A stretch of 56,775 bases of DNA from the NCBI GenBank assembly GCA_026986575.1, contig JALSOH010000001.1:1-56775 (forward strand), in the 5' to 3' direction. A model generated the notes under the pieces. The model was not told the origin of the DNA. It did not search any database and saw only the letters and a program-made list of their open reading frames with translations. The position numbers and the translations under genes are program-made. Each line of letters opens with the position of its first letter. Positions within the stretch are counted from its first letter, which is position 1. Source of the DNA: Thermoproteota archaeon (lineage in GTDB: Archaea; Korarchaeota; Korarchaeia; Korarchaeales; Korarchaeaceae). Of the stretch, positions 48,425 through 56,775 are shown piece after piece.

Positions 48425-49354
48425 TCACCTCAACCTTATCCTCGGATTTATGAACGCGTAGAGTATGTCCACTGCCGTGTTTATCACCACGAAGGTCGTC
48501 GCCACTACCAGAATTCCTGCTTGGACTATTGGGTAGTCCCTAGCGAATATCGCATTGACGATCAGCCTGCCCAAGCCTGGGAAGCTGAAGACTGTCTCAG
48601 TCAGAACGGCTCCCGCCATCATGTAACCGAAGATGAGGCCAGCGACGGTCACCACGGGGATCAACGCATTTCTCAGGGCGTAGACGTATATCACGAGCCT
48701 GTCAGGGAGGCCATACGCCCTCGCCGTCCTGATGTACTCTTGGGAGAGGACCTCCAGCATACTCGCTCTCGTGGCCCTGCCGACGTAGGCAGCTCCCACG
48801 AGTCCGAGGGTGAGGGAGGGGAGTATGAGGTGCTTGAAAGTGCCACTCCCGCCACTAGGAAGCAGCCTGAGCCAGACGGAGAAGATCTCTATGAGAATGA
48901 GCCCGAGCCAGAAGACGGGCATTGATATACCGAGGAGTGAGAGGGAGGTGACAGCTTGATCCCTCACAGTGTTCGGCCTGAGCGCCGCATATATTCCCAT
49001 CAGGACGCCTATCACAAGCCCGAAGCCCATGGCTAGCACGGATAGGGTCAACGTATTCAGGTAAGCCGGCCAGAGAAGCTCGCTTACCGTATGGCCCGTG
49101 AACAGGGACTTACCAAACTCGCCCTTAAGGGCGTTACTCATGAATATGAGGTACTGTTCCCAGAGAGGCTTGTCTAGACCCAGCCTCCTCCTTATCATTT
49201 CAACCTCCTGTATTGTCGCCTCTGGAGGAGCTAGGAGTTGGGCTGGATCTCCAGGTAACATGTGAATCATTAGGAATACGATCACGCTGACCCCTAGCAG
49301 GGTGGGAATCGCGAGGATAATCCTCCTGATGACGTATCGGGCGAGGTCAGACAT
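48425..49354 (-). CDS. Peptide ABC transporter permease (DppB-like)
   Basis: PGDPA, LGLDKP, YIRTARAYG, ETVFSFPGLG, RDYP. Confidence 0.93.
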   Translation of the reverse strand: MSDLARYVIRRIILAIPTLLGVSVIVFLMIHMLPGDPAQLLAPPEATIQEVEMIRRRLGLDKPLWEQYLIFMSNALKGEFGKSLFTGHTVSELLWPAYLNTLTLSVLAMGFGLVIGVLMGIYAALRPNTVRDQAVTSLSLLGISMPVFWLGLILIEIFSVWLRLLPSGGSGTFKHLILPSLTLGLVGAAYVGRATRASMLEVLSQEYIRTARAYGLPDRLVIYVYALRNALIPVVTVAGLIFGYMMAGAVLTETVFSFPGLGRLIVNAIFARDYPIVQAGILVVATTFVVINTAVDILYAFINPRIRLR

Positions 49355-49390
49355 TGGAAAAAGGGGAGGAAGGACTAGTTAAAAAGATGT

Positions 49391-50944
49391 TCAGCCACCG
49401 GAGCCGAAGTAGGCGTACTTGGTCAGGATTACCTCCGTGGGTATGTAGTAAAGGGACTTTATGTCCTTCTTGTAGACTACGACGTCTCCCGGATTGTATA
49501 TTGGTATGGCAGGCAAGTCATCCAGCAGTATCTCCTGTATCTGCTTCGTGTAATCGACTATCTTATCTCTAGGAGCATGCTCTGCCTTCTTTATTAGTTC
49601 ATCCACCTTGGGGTTGCTGTAGAACCACAGGTTGAACTTCGGAATGCTCTCACTCAGGAAGAGCGGCCTGAATACTCCTATATACTCTCCAGTGCTGGGA
49701 GCCCATCCTATGAGGAAGAGATCTCTCTCGGGGCTCGCGTCTTCGGGCTTCTTTAGCAACTCAGCCACATAGCTTCCCCACTCCCACACTCTTAACTTGA
49801 TCTTCAGACCTATAGCCTCCAAGTACTGGGCTATGGCCTGAGCGGCCTCGTAGTCACCGGGATATCTTCCCTTGGGCGTCCACAGGTTGAGTTCCAGGCC
49901 TTCGGCTCCAGCCTCCTTGATGAGCTGCTTGGCCTTCTCGAGATCGTATTTCAGCTTACCAGTGTCGTAGAACCCTATGAGTTCCTCGGCTATGACGCTC
50001 TTAGCCGGCCTACCTACGCCATGAAGTATCTTCTCTACTATGGCATCCCTATCTATGGCGAGACTTATGGCCTGTCTCACTCTCTTGTCTTGGAGCCTCG
50101 GGCTCCTCATGTTCGCCCCTATGTAGACGATCCTGATGGTCCTCGTGACGTTCACATTGAGATCAGGGTTTTGCTTGAGTCTCTGCACGTCTATGGCTGG
50201 GACCCTTATGGCCACATCTGCATCGCCCGACTCGACCATTTGGACCCTAGCTTCGTCCTCCGGGACTACGAGGAACTTTATGCCTGCCAGCTTAGGGGTC
50301 CCTCCCCAGTAGTTAGGATTCGGCTCCAGCTCTATGTAGGTGTTGGGCTTCCACTCCTTCAACTTGTAAGGACCAGTTCCCACGGGGTTATGCTTCAGAT
50401 CGACGCCCTCCTTTATGGCCTTAGGGCTGATCATCATGCCCGCCGGGTGGCAAAGCAGGTTGAGGAAGGTAGCTACGGGCTCCTTTAGTATGATCCTAAC
50501 AGTGTATTCGTCTACCACCTCAACCTTATCTATGAAGGGGACGAGCCTATTTCTGTTGGCCAGCTCTTTATTGTTGAACAGCCTGTCGAAATTGGCCTTG
50601 ACGGCCTCGGCATTGAAGGGGGTACCATCTTGGAATTTAACCCCCTTCCTCAAGTAGAACGTGTAGACTTTACCATCAGGGCTTATCTCCCACCTTTCAG
50701 CCAGCACCGGCTTTATGTTGAGCTTATCGTCGTACTCCACCAACCCTTCGTAAATATTGTCTATCACGTAGATGCTGGGGTTATCGGGGACATCGTGGGG
50801 ATCCAAAGTGACGATATCGGTGCCCATTGCCACCTTCAGTACCTTCCTCTCAACAGGAGTTGGCTTAGGAGCCATAAATAGTACGGCTGCGGCCACAATG
50901 ATGATGACGACCACGGCCGCAAGGGCCAAGGTCTTGGCATTCAT
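49391..50944 (-). CDS. Peptide ABC transporter substrate-binding protein (family 5)
   Basis: N-terminal TM anchor, LDPH, LAERWE.S.DGK.YTF.LR.GV.F.DG, PVGTGPY, VRQAI. Confidence 0.93.
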   Translation of the reverse strand: MNAKTLALAAVVVIIIVAAAVLFMAPKPTPVERKVLKVAMGTDIVTLDPHDVPDNPSIYVIDNIYEGLVEYDDKLNIKPVLAERWEISPDGKVYTFYLRKGVKFQDGTPFNAEAVKANFDRLFNNKELANRNRLVPFIDKVEVVDEYTVRIILKEPVATFLNLLCHPAGMMISPKAIKEGVDLKHNPVGTGPYKLKEWKPNTYIELEPNPNYWGGTPKLAGIKFLVVPEDEARVQMVESGDADVAIRVPAIDVQRLKQNPDLNVNVTRTIRIVYIGANMRSPRLQDKRVRQAISLAIDRDAIVEKILHGVGRPAKSVIAEELIGFYDTGKLKYDLEKAKQLIKEAGAEGLELNLWTPKGRYPGDYEAAQAIAQYLEAIGLKIKLRVWEWGSYVAELLKKPEDASPERDLFLIGWAPSTGEYIGVFRPLFLSESIPKFNLWFYSNPKVDELIKKAEHAPRDKIVDYTKQIQEILLDDLPAIPIYNPGDVVVYKKDIKSLYYIPTEVILTKYAYFGSGG

Positions 50945-50948
50945 AGGG

Positions 50949-51018
50949 GAAGCGACGCTTCGCGACACTTAAAAACGTTCCATGCGGCGACCGGAGAGGT
51001 CCTCTCTTAGCCCCGGTC
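50949..51018. promoter_or_regulatory. Two 13-bp perfect palindromes flanking a TATA-like box in a divergent promoter region
   Basis: GAAGCG-A-CGCTTC at 50949-50961; minus-strand TTTTTAAG at 50968-50975; GAGAGG-T-CCTCTC at 50994-51006. Confidence 0.45.
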
Positions 51019-51118
51019 TTTACTCGATAGCTCTACTACCTAAGTTGTAAATCGGTTTCCTCATAAAGTTCGAGATTCGCAACGCACGTTATAAGGGGTC
51101 ATGATACGAGGTGATGTG

Positions 51119-51829
51119 ATGCCACCCTTCACACCGAACGAATTCATAGATTGGCTGAGAGAGGCCGGAAAGACGAGAACCTTCTGGACAAAGCCCATAG
51201 CCGAAATCTCATTTGAAAAGTTGGGAAACATGCACTTATTCAGGATCGGGTGGCTCTCAAGAGGGAAAATAGAGTATACTCAAATGATCATCGCACCACA
51301 ATTGGAAAAACACCACTGGACCGGACGGAGTGAATCGATACTCATTCTACCTAAGGGTTCCGAACCACCCGAATACGATCAGCACTCATGTGTTTACTTA
51401 TGGGAGTTGCCATCCCGTACCTTAGAACCCAATACTGATGTAAAAGTGGAGAAGTACGAAACTTGGAGTTCCCAAAGCGTTTTCAGGGAGATACAGAGGA
51501 GGAGTTGGGGTTTTTACGTTCTACCTCGAAAGGGGGATCACTTAGTTCTGGTGGCGATTCTCTCGGGAAGGCCCGTGGGCCTCACATATCTCAATGTTAA
51601 GAACTTCAACTTAGATTACGGAGTTCATGTCGTCAGGGATAAGTGGAGAAGGAGGATTGGCACGAGACTCCTAGTGGAGGCCATGGATTTAGCCAAAGAG
51701 ATGGGTTCCAAGTACCTCACTATGTTTAGATGGCTCAGGAGGAAGCTGGATTCGAGAGACAGAGCAGCTATCTCCTTTTACGAGGCAAACAATCCCAGAT
51801 GGTCCTACATGACCTATCGAATGTTATGA
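51119..51829 (+). CDS. GNAT family N-acetyltransferase
   Basis: VHVVRDKWRRRIGTRLL (motif A), AISFYE. Confidence 0.8.
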   Translation: MPPFTPNEFIDWLREAGKTRTFWTKPIAEISFEKLGNMHLFRIGWLSRGKIEYTQMIIAPQLEKHHWTGRSESILILPKGSEPPEYDQHSCVYLWELPSRTLEPNTDVKVEKYETWSSQSVFREIQRRSWGFYVLPRKGDHLVLVAILSGRPVGLTYLNVKNFNLDYGVHVVRDKWRRRIGTRLLVEAMDLAKEMGSKYLTMFRWLRRKLDSRDRAAISFYEANNPRWSYMTYRML

Positions 51830-52446
51830 GCGGCACTTATCGTCAGACCATGGATCTCTAGATAATCTCCCGAGGCCCTCTCGCTGAACCTCACTATCCT
51901 AGCATCCCTCAGGTGGGAGACAGCGCCCAACACCGATTTCCTAAATTCCGTCTTAGAGAAACCCCACCCCTCCAGTACTTCGGATACCTTGGATAGAGGG
52001 ACAACTTCCCCTGCATCCGCTATTTCAAAGAAGGCCCTCTCTATCGCAGCTGCCAGAACTTCCCTCCTTCCCCTTTCGGTAAGTCCTCTTTCCGTAACCA
52101 ACCCCATTTCCATGGCAAATTTGACCCCAAATTCAACCCAGGGACCCTTCCTGATAGGTAAACCCACCAATAAGGACCACATCACCCAGAAGAATATCTC
52201 ATTCCTGAGAAAAGATTCTAAGAGATCCCTTCTCTCCCCCAATCTATAGAAGAAAAGCCTTCTCCCCCTCTTAACCCTCTCGACTATTCCCAAGGAAACT
52301 AGGAAGGCTAGGGCGGATCTCACCCTCCATTCCTTCAGTCCCGTCAACGTCAAAACTCTTCTAAGATTAACCCATGTATCTCCTAAAGTGGTCAAGACAG
52401 CTCTTATGGAGTCAAGCCCCGGGTACTTGTAGCTGGGGAGATCCAT
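51814..52446 (-). CDS. Hypothetical winged-helix protein
   Basis: TGLKEWRVRSALAFLVSLGIVER, GLVTERGLTERGR. Confidence 0.55.
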   Translation of the reverse strand: MDLPSYKYPGLDSIRAVLTTLGDTWVNLRRVLTLTGLKEWRVRSALAFLVSLGIVERVKRGRRLFFYRLGERRDLLESFLRNEIFFWVMWSLLVGLPIRKGPWVEFGVKFAMEMGLVTERGLTERGRREVLAAAIERAFFEIADAGEVVPLSKVSEVLEGWGFSKTEFRKSVLGAVSHLRDARIVRFSERASGDYLEIHGLTISAAHNIR

Positions 52447-52490
52447 TCAACACCTTATCTTACACCTTAATGAAGAATAAATCCCTTGCT

Positions 52491-52997
52491 CTAGCTCAAT
52501 AGTTCATCCAAGCCACTAGATTTGGAGAATCTCTTGACTACCTCCTCGAAGTGATCTCTTACAGGTAAGTAAACCTTTTCATAGAATTTCCTCTGATCTA
52601 GTAGTACCTCCTTGGGAAATGTCCTGAGATAGTTAATCGCTGCGCTCCATGCCTCTTCATATGGAGTCACCGCGTCTATTCTCTGGGCTATCTGCCTGTC
52701 ATAGTCCTCAGGCCTCTGCACCTCCTCACCAATAGTAAATAATCCTCCCTCGGAGACGTAAGCTGCCTCATTTCCTATTTTCTCAATGTTCCTAGCTGCT
52801 GGTGGCATAGACGGAACTGTTGCACCGGCGGCATATCTCCTCCCAGGTCTTCCACCGGATCTCTTCGCCCAAGCATAGAATATCGCCCTGTTAAGACCGA
52901 AAGACTTCGCTCTCTCTAGATCTCCTTTGAGCAGGTAATATCTAGCAGCTTGAAGGAGACCCATCACCTGGAATCTCCCTATCTTCCCCCTAGGCAT
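52491..52997 (-). CDS. Conserved hypothetical protein
   Basis: IGRFQVM.LLQAAR..AKSFGLNRAIFYAWAK; host-like codon use. Confidence 0.7.
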   Translation of the reverse strand: MPRGKIGRFQVMGLLQAARYYLLKGDLERAKSFGLNRAIFYAWAKRSGGRPGRRYAAGATVPSMPPAARNIEKIGNEAAYVSEGGLFTIGEEVQRPEDYDRQIAQRIDAVTPYEEAWSAAINYLRTFPKEVLLDQRKFYEKVYLPVRDHFEEVVKRFSKSSGLDELLS

Positions 52998-53064
52998 CGT
53001 GCGTACCATCCAGAAAGCTGTAAAAAAGTTCCTGATAAGGAGATAATGGGGCTCGTCGTGATCC

Positions 53065-53433
53065 TCAGTACTTGACTCCTGCCGAGGGTATCTCTATGTA
53101 TTTGGCCACCAGATTGCCACCTTCGTCCTCGACCTCCATGACCACTTCTTGGCCCGTATATCTCCTCAGCTCTTCCAGAACCTCGAACCACTTCATGGTC
53201 CTCTCCCTGTACCACCCATGCACGCTGACCTTCACTTCACCTTGAGAAGTCTGCACAGTCACGTAGTAGTCACCCACCTCACTCAACACACCCCTTATCA
53301 CGGAGGTCTGGTTCTTCTCTCCATGCACCAGTTTGCTCTCCGTCCCAGCCACTTCCGGGTACCAGAAGGGGAAGGTGGCTATCACCATAGCGAGAGAGAT
53401 AACGGACAAGAACCTAACCGCCTCCCAACTCAT
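53065..53433 (-). CDS. Membrane-anchored small OB-fold-like protein
   Basis: N-terminal TM and a beta-rich C-terminus. Confidence 0.6.
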   Translation of the reverse strand: MSWEAVRFLSVISLAMVIATFPFWYPEVAGTESKLVHGEKNQTSVIRGVLSEVGDYYVTVQTSQGEVKVSVHGWYRERTMKWFEVLEELRRYTGQEVVMEVEDEGGNLVAKYIEIPSAGVKY

Positions 53434-53437
53434 GCCA

Positions 53438-53707
53438 TCACCCCAGCAGCCTTTTGGTCAGCACCCTCAGCGTCCTATAGTTCAGATCCACATGTATGAG
53501 CGCAGAGCCGGCCATGACGAACCCGATCACCGTGTGCCAGTACTCCCAGTCGGCCTTCGTCATGAACCATATCAGGGCTTCACTGCTCCCCCTCCCAGAG
53601 GGGGCTATGTAGAGAGCTATTCCGCTCAGCAGCAGGAAGGCTCCCATGACCAACTGGGATATGCTGACCACTGACCTGACTTTGAGCTTTATAGCGGTCA
53701 GATCCAT
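53438..53707 (-). CDS. DUF4405 family 2-TM protein
   Basis: LSGIALY.AP.G..W...HT..G....IH..LN. Confidence 0.75.
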   Translation of the reverse strand: MDLTAIKLKVRSVVSISQLVMGAFLLLSGIALYIAPSGRGSSEALIWFMTKADWEYWHTVIGFVMAGSALIHVDLNYRTLRVLTKRLLG

Positions 53708-53866
53708 ACAGACCACCTCCTATACACCTCAACCCCCATTCTCGTAGCTCCTCCAGACTCATCCACTCGTCAGAATATATTACGGGTACGGACAAATCGT
53801 CCTTCCACTTAAGGAGCTGAGAAAGGTTTTCTTTTAGACGGACAAGACAACAGGGGAGAGAGATAG

Positions 53867-54334
53867 ATGCCGCCACCCATTAAGGGACACTCAAGGGGAT
53901 CACCTCCCATAAGCAGGGAGGAGGCTGAGAGGGCTATAGAGACGGTGAGGGAGATCCTGCATCTCCTCGTAGCCGGACCTGCGCTGGTCAGGGGAGGTCC
54001 GGAAGGCTGGCACGTGGACGTCCCCGTAATGTATCAGGGGTACGCCCTAGACAGGATTCACTTAGACGTCGATAAAATGGAGCCATCCCCCAAGGGCAGA
54101 CCGGCCAGATCGTCGCGTGAAGTGGACCCAAATGAGATCAGGGGTAAAGCGGAGGAGATAGTTAGCGAACTTAGGGTGGTCGACGCTGCTGAATACAGGG
54201 AACCCGAGAAGTGCTGGGTCGTGCCCCTCGCATGGGGGCCGTACCTAGTGGCCCATGTGAAGATATCCAGCGATGGAAGGGAAGTAGTACCTGACTACGG
54301 CCTGACGGAGGAGGTAAGGAGATACGTTTACTAG
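53867..54334 (+). CDS. Conserved hypothetical protein (PepSY-like)
   Basis: VPVMYQG.ALDRIH..PSPKG.P, AEYREPE.CW.VPLAW, VPDYGLT. Confidence 0.65.
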   Translation: MPPPIKGHSRGSPPISREEAERAIETVREILHLLVAGPALVRGGPEGWHVDVPVMYQGYALDRIHLDVDKMEPSPKGRPARSSREVDPNEIRGKAEEIVSELRVVDAAEYREPEKCWVVPLAWGPYLVAHVKISSDGREVVPDYGLTEEVRRYVY

Positions 54335-54365
54335 CCTCATCAGGCGGTTCCTCCTGCGGGAGAAG

Positions 54366-55418
54366 TTGCTAACCACTCTCATCCTAGTCTACGTCCTCCT
54401 GCTCATCCTAGATCCGAGCTTCCTCTACAGGTCTCCATCCTACGTGAACTTGGAGGCCATATCTCTAATCCTCTCCTTCATGCTCGTGTCCAAGCTCATG
54501 GACATCTCAGGGGTCTTCTCGAGGGTCTCCACGTGGATCCTCTCCTTGAGGGATAGGAAACGCATCATCCTGCTTCTGATCACCTCCGAGCTGGTAGCCG
54601 CCCTACTCATGAACGATACTGCCCTCTTCTTTCTTATTCCGCTTGTCGTCACTCTCTACAGGATAACCGGTGATGACCCCTCGGACATGCTCGTCCTCGT
54701 CACCATAAGCGCTAACGTGGGTTCTGCGCTTACACCCTTTGGAAACCCTCAGAACATCATAATCTGGAGTCATTTCCACATACACGCGATCTCGTTCCTA
54801 CGCGTGTCCTTCCCCTTCTTTCTCCTGTCCTCTATTTTGCTGATCATCTTCTCCCTGAGACTTTCTGGCGAGGGTGAGGGGTTGGCCAGAGTGGTTCCCA
54901 TAAGGATGGACCTCAAGTCAGCGATCTCGGCCGTGCTCCTCTTGGCTGTTAACTTGGTGCTTGCTAGCTATGGATATTACCTCATGGGAGTGGTGGTCTC
55001 CCTGCTGATCTCCCTGATGGTCAGGAAGGAGGTGATCGGAGGGGTTGATGTCCCTCTTCTAGCCATATTCACCTTTCTCTTCATGGATTTCGGGCAACTC
55101 TCCCACGTTTTGGGATCGATGGGGGTCATACCCCACCTAGATGGGGTAGCACTGCTGGCCACCTCGGCCCTGCTCAGTCAGGTGATCAGCAATGTATCAG
55201 CCACCATAACACTGCTCAACCACACGACGGATTGGAGATCCCTCTTGGTGGGCGTAAACCTAGGGGGGACTGGCTTCATAGTCGGATCCATGGCCAACTT
55301 CATCACCCTGAGGATAGCGGACCTGAAGCTGTGGAAGTTCCACAGGATAGCGGTCCCCTTCTTCCTCGCATCCGCGGCGGTGTTCATCTGCTTGGCTTGG
55401 ACCGGGATTTACCCTTGA
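54366..55418 (+). CDS. ArsB/NhaD/SLC13 superfamily permease
   Basis: MNDTA, ANVGSALTPFGNPQN, SQVISNV, GGTG..GSMAN. Confidence 0.88.
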   Translation: MLTTLILVYVLLLILDPSFLYRSPSYVNLEAISLILSFMLVSKLMDISGVFSRVSTWILSLRDRKRIILLLITSELVAALLMNDTALFFLIPLVVTLYRITGDDPSDMLVLVTISANVGSALTPFGNPQNIIIWSHFHIHAISFLRVSFPFFLLSSILLIIFSLRLSGEGEGLARVVPIRMDLKSAISAVLLLAVNLVLASYGYYLMGVVVSLLISLMVRKEVIGGVDVPLLAIFTFLFMDFGQLSHVLGSMGVIPHLDGVALLATSALLSQVISNVSATITLLNHTTDWRSLLVGVNLGGTGFIVGSMANFITLRIADLKLWKFHRIAVPFFLASAAVFICLAWTGIYP

Positions 55419-55455
55419 GTCTTAAATAGAAGATAGAGGAGGAATCACGATATCG

Positions 55456-56016
55456 ATGCAGGCGATCCCCCCGTCTTTGGCACTGACCATATCGGTCCTG
55501 AACTTGGCGGCAGCCCTCATAGCAAGCTATCTCTCGCTCCAAGCCTGGAAGGCCCGGAAGATGGGTGTTCCGGGCATGGGAATGATATTCGGATCCTTCT
55601 CACTCATGGTGGTCTCGTTCGTATCCTCAGCCAGCTTTTCAGCGACCCTCTCATCCCCTCCTCACGCCCCGCCCAAGGTCTGGCTCTCCAGTTTGGCTGC
55701 CAACCACTGGTTCATCGCGATACAGCTCTCCTTCACACTGAGTTACCAGCTGCTGGCGGTCAGGGTCACAGCACCCACCAAGAGGCTTTTCTCACTCGTG
55801 CCCCTCCTTCCGGCCATGATAATTCTTTACGTGGCCCTAGTCTCTTATGGTCGGGCCTCCAAGCACGCCACTGCTGCCTACTTGGGGCTCGGTGCCTCAC
55901 ACATCATGACCTTCCTCTCACTCATCTACGCCAAGCCTTGGTTGCTAATCGCTGGAGAGATGGTTAGACCCATTGCCCTGCTTCTGCTCATCCCCGTGCT
56001 CAGGGTGGAAGGGTGA
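55456..56016 (+). CDS. Polytopic membrane protein
   Basis: Multiple TM segments; GTGA overlap with the downstream HTH gene. Confidence 0.65.
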   Translation: MQAIPPSLALTISVLNLAAALIASYLSLQAWKARKMGVPGMGMIFGSFSLMVVSFVSSASFSATLSSPPHAPPKVWLSSLAANHWFIAIQLSFTLSYQLLAVRVTAPTKRLFSLVPLLPAMIILYVALVSYGRASKHATAAYLGLGASHIMTFLSLIYAKPWLLIAGEMVRPIALLLLIPVLRVEG

Positions 56017-56282
56017 GGGGGAAGTACCGCTCCCAAGCAGCTATAGTCATGGATGTGCTGGAGGCCATATCGACCAATCCGGGAATAGCTCCCACGAGGC
56101 TCGGTCAAGAGGTCAATGTCCCCTATTCGAGGTTGACGGAGTACTTGAGGTTATTAATGGAGAAGGAGCTCATCTACAAGGGAGAGAAGGGCGGGCTATA
56201 TCTAAGCGAGAAAGGATTCAGGTACCTGACCGAGATGCGGAGGTTCAGGAGGATATTCTCCTCATTGGGACTCATGCTCTGA
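56013..56282 (+). CDS. Small archaeal winged-helix regulator
   Basis: YRS...IVMDVL..PTRL...NVPY.RL..YL..L..LSEKG..YL. Confidence 0.85.
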   Translation: MRGKYRSQAAIVMDVLEAISTNPGIAPTRLGQEVNVPYSRLTEYLRLLMEKELIYKGEKGGLYLSEKGFRYLTEMRRFRRIFSSLGLML

Positions 56283-56385
56283 TCTGATCAGATCAAATCA
56301 AACCTGTCTAAAGGACAAATCTGAAGAGCAGCCTGCGTGATGAATGTTCAACAATGATTTAATTTCTTTAGCCTACATTCAGCGA

Positions 56386-56775
56386 GTGATAGCGTTCGGT
56401 CCCGTTCCATCTAGGAGGTTCGGCCTCTCCTTGGGCGTGAACAATATCCCACCCAAGCACTGCACCTACTCGTGCATCTACTGTCAGATAGGCAGGACGA
56501 TCCACATGGACATCAGGAGGAAGGAGTTGTTCTACGATCCCCGAAGGGTGGTTGAGGAGGTGGTGAGGAAGGCAGAGGAGACCAAGCCCGAGATCGTGAC
56601 GTTTGTACCCGACGGGGAGCCCACTCTAGACCTCCATCTAGAGGAGGAGATAAGGGGGATAAAGGAGGCTCTGGACATACCGGTGGCCGTCATAACGAAT
56701 TCTTCCCTCCTCTTCTTGAAGGAGGTCAGGGAGGCCCTCTTCTTAGCGGATGCGGTGTCAGTAAAGGTGGATGCC
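56386..56775 (+). CDS. Radical SAM protein, partial (runs off window end)
   Basis: Translated by hand: MIAFGPVPSRRFGLSLGVNNIPPKHCTYSCIYCQIG (CxxxCxxC), DGEPTL, ITNSSL. Confidence 0.9.
   Translation, partial: MIAFGPVPSRRFGLSLGVNNIPPKHCTYSCIYCQIGRTIHMDIRRKELFYDPRRVVEEVVRKAEETKPEIVTFVPDGEPTLDLHLEEEIRGIKEALDIPVAVITNSSLLFLKEVREALFLADAVSVKVDA

Noticed and set aside
48296-48925. 209-aa plus-strand ORF and similar long antisense ORFs (8465..9235, 26314..26985)
   Set aside because: Lie entirely opposite well-supported genes; typical shadow ORFs
1-56775. CRISPR array, rRNA, transposase or integrase
   Set aside because: No regularly spaced repeats and no recognisable rRNA, cas, transposase or integrase motifs seen

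Overview
Archaeal genomic window, probably from a (hyper)thermophile. Evidence: AGG/ATA-rich codon usage, archaeal ATP-dependent ligase, ThyX, RNase HII, VapBC pairs and TATA/BRE promoters; a Korarchaeota-like origin is inference only. Left part: a >1160-aa secreted surface protein on the minus strand that runs off the window edge and is missing from the ORF track, a copper-export locus, membrane/regulator modules, glycosyltransferases, DNA ligase and ThyX. Centre (about 26.3-35.5 kb): an AT-richer accessory island bounded by duplicated VapBC blocks. It holds many intact and decayed toxin-antitoxin modules, two degenerate tRNA-Arg(TCG) 3'-halves that look like att-site scars, and a four-gene operon: a Gly/Ala/Trp-rich small precursor, a small cationic membrane protein, a SpoIIM/DUF95 protein and a polytopic membrane protein. 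That operon has the architecture of a circular-bacteriocin-type (archaeocin) cluster and is the best candidate for a novel system. Right part: two RNase HII copies, a surface-anchored hexaheme cytochrome c-DOMON fusion, a ThiF / SerK-like ParB / cysteine synthase cluster, a peptide ABC transporter operon with an identical 116-bp tract shared by its two ATPase genes, and a partial radical SAM gene. All family calls come from motif recognition by eye; no database search was run.
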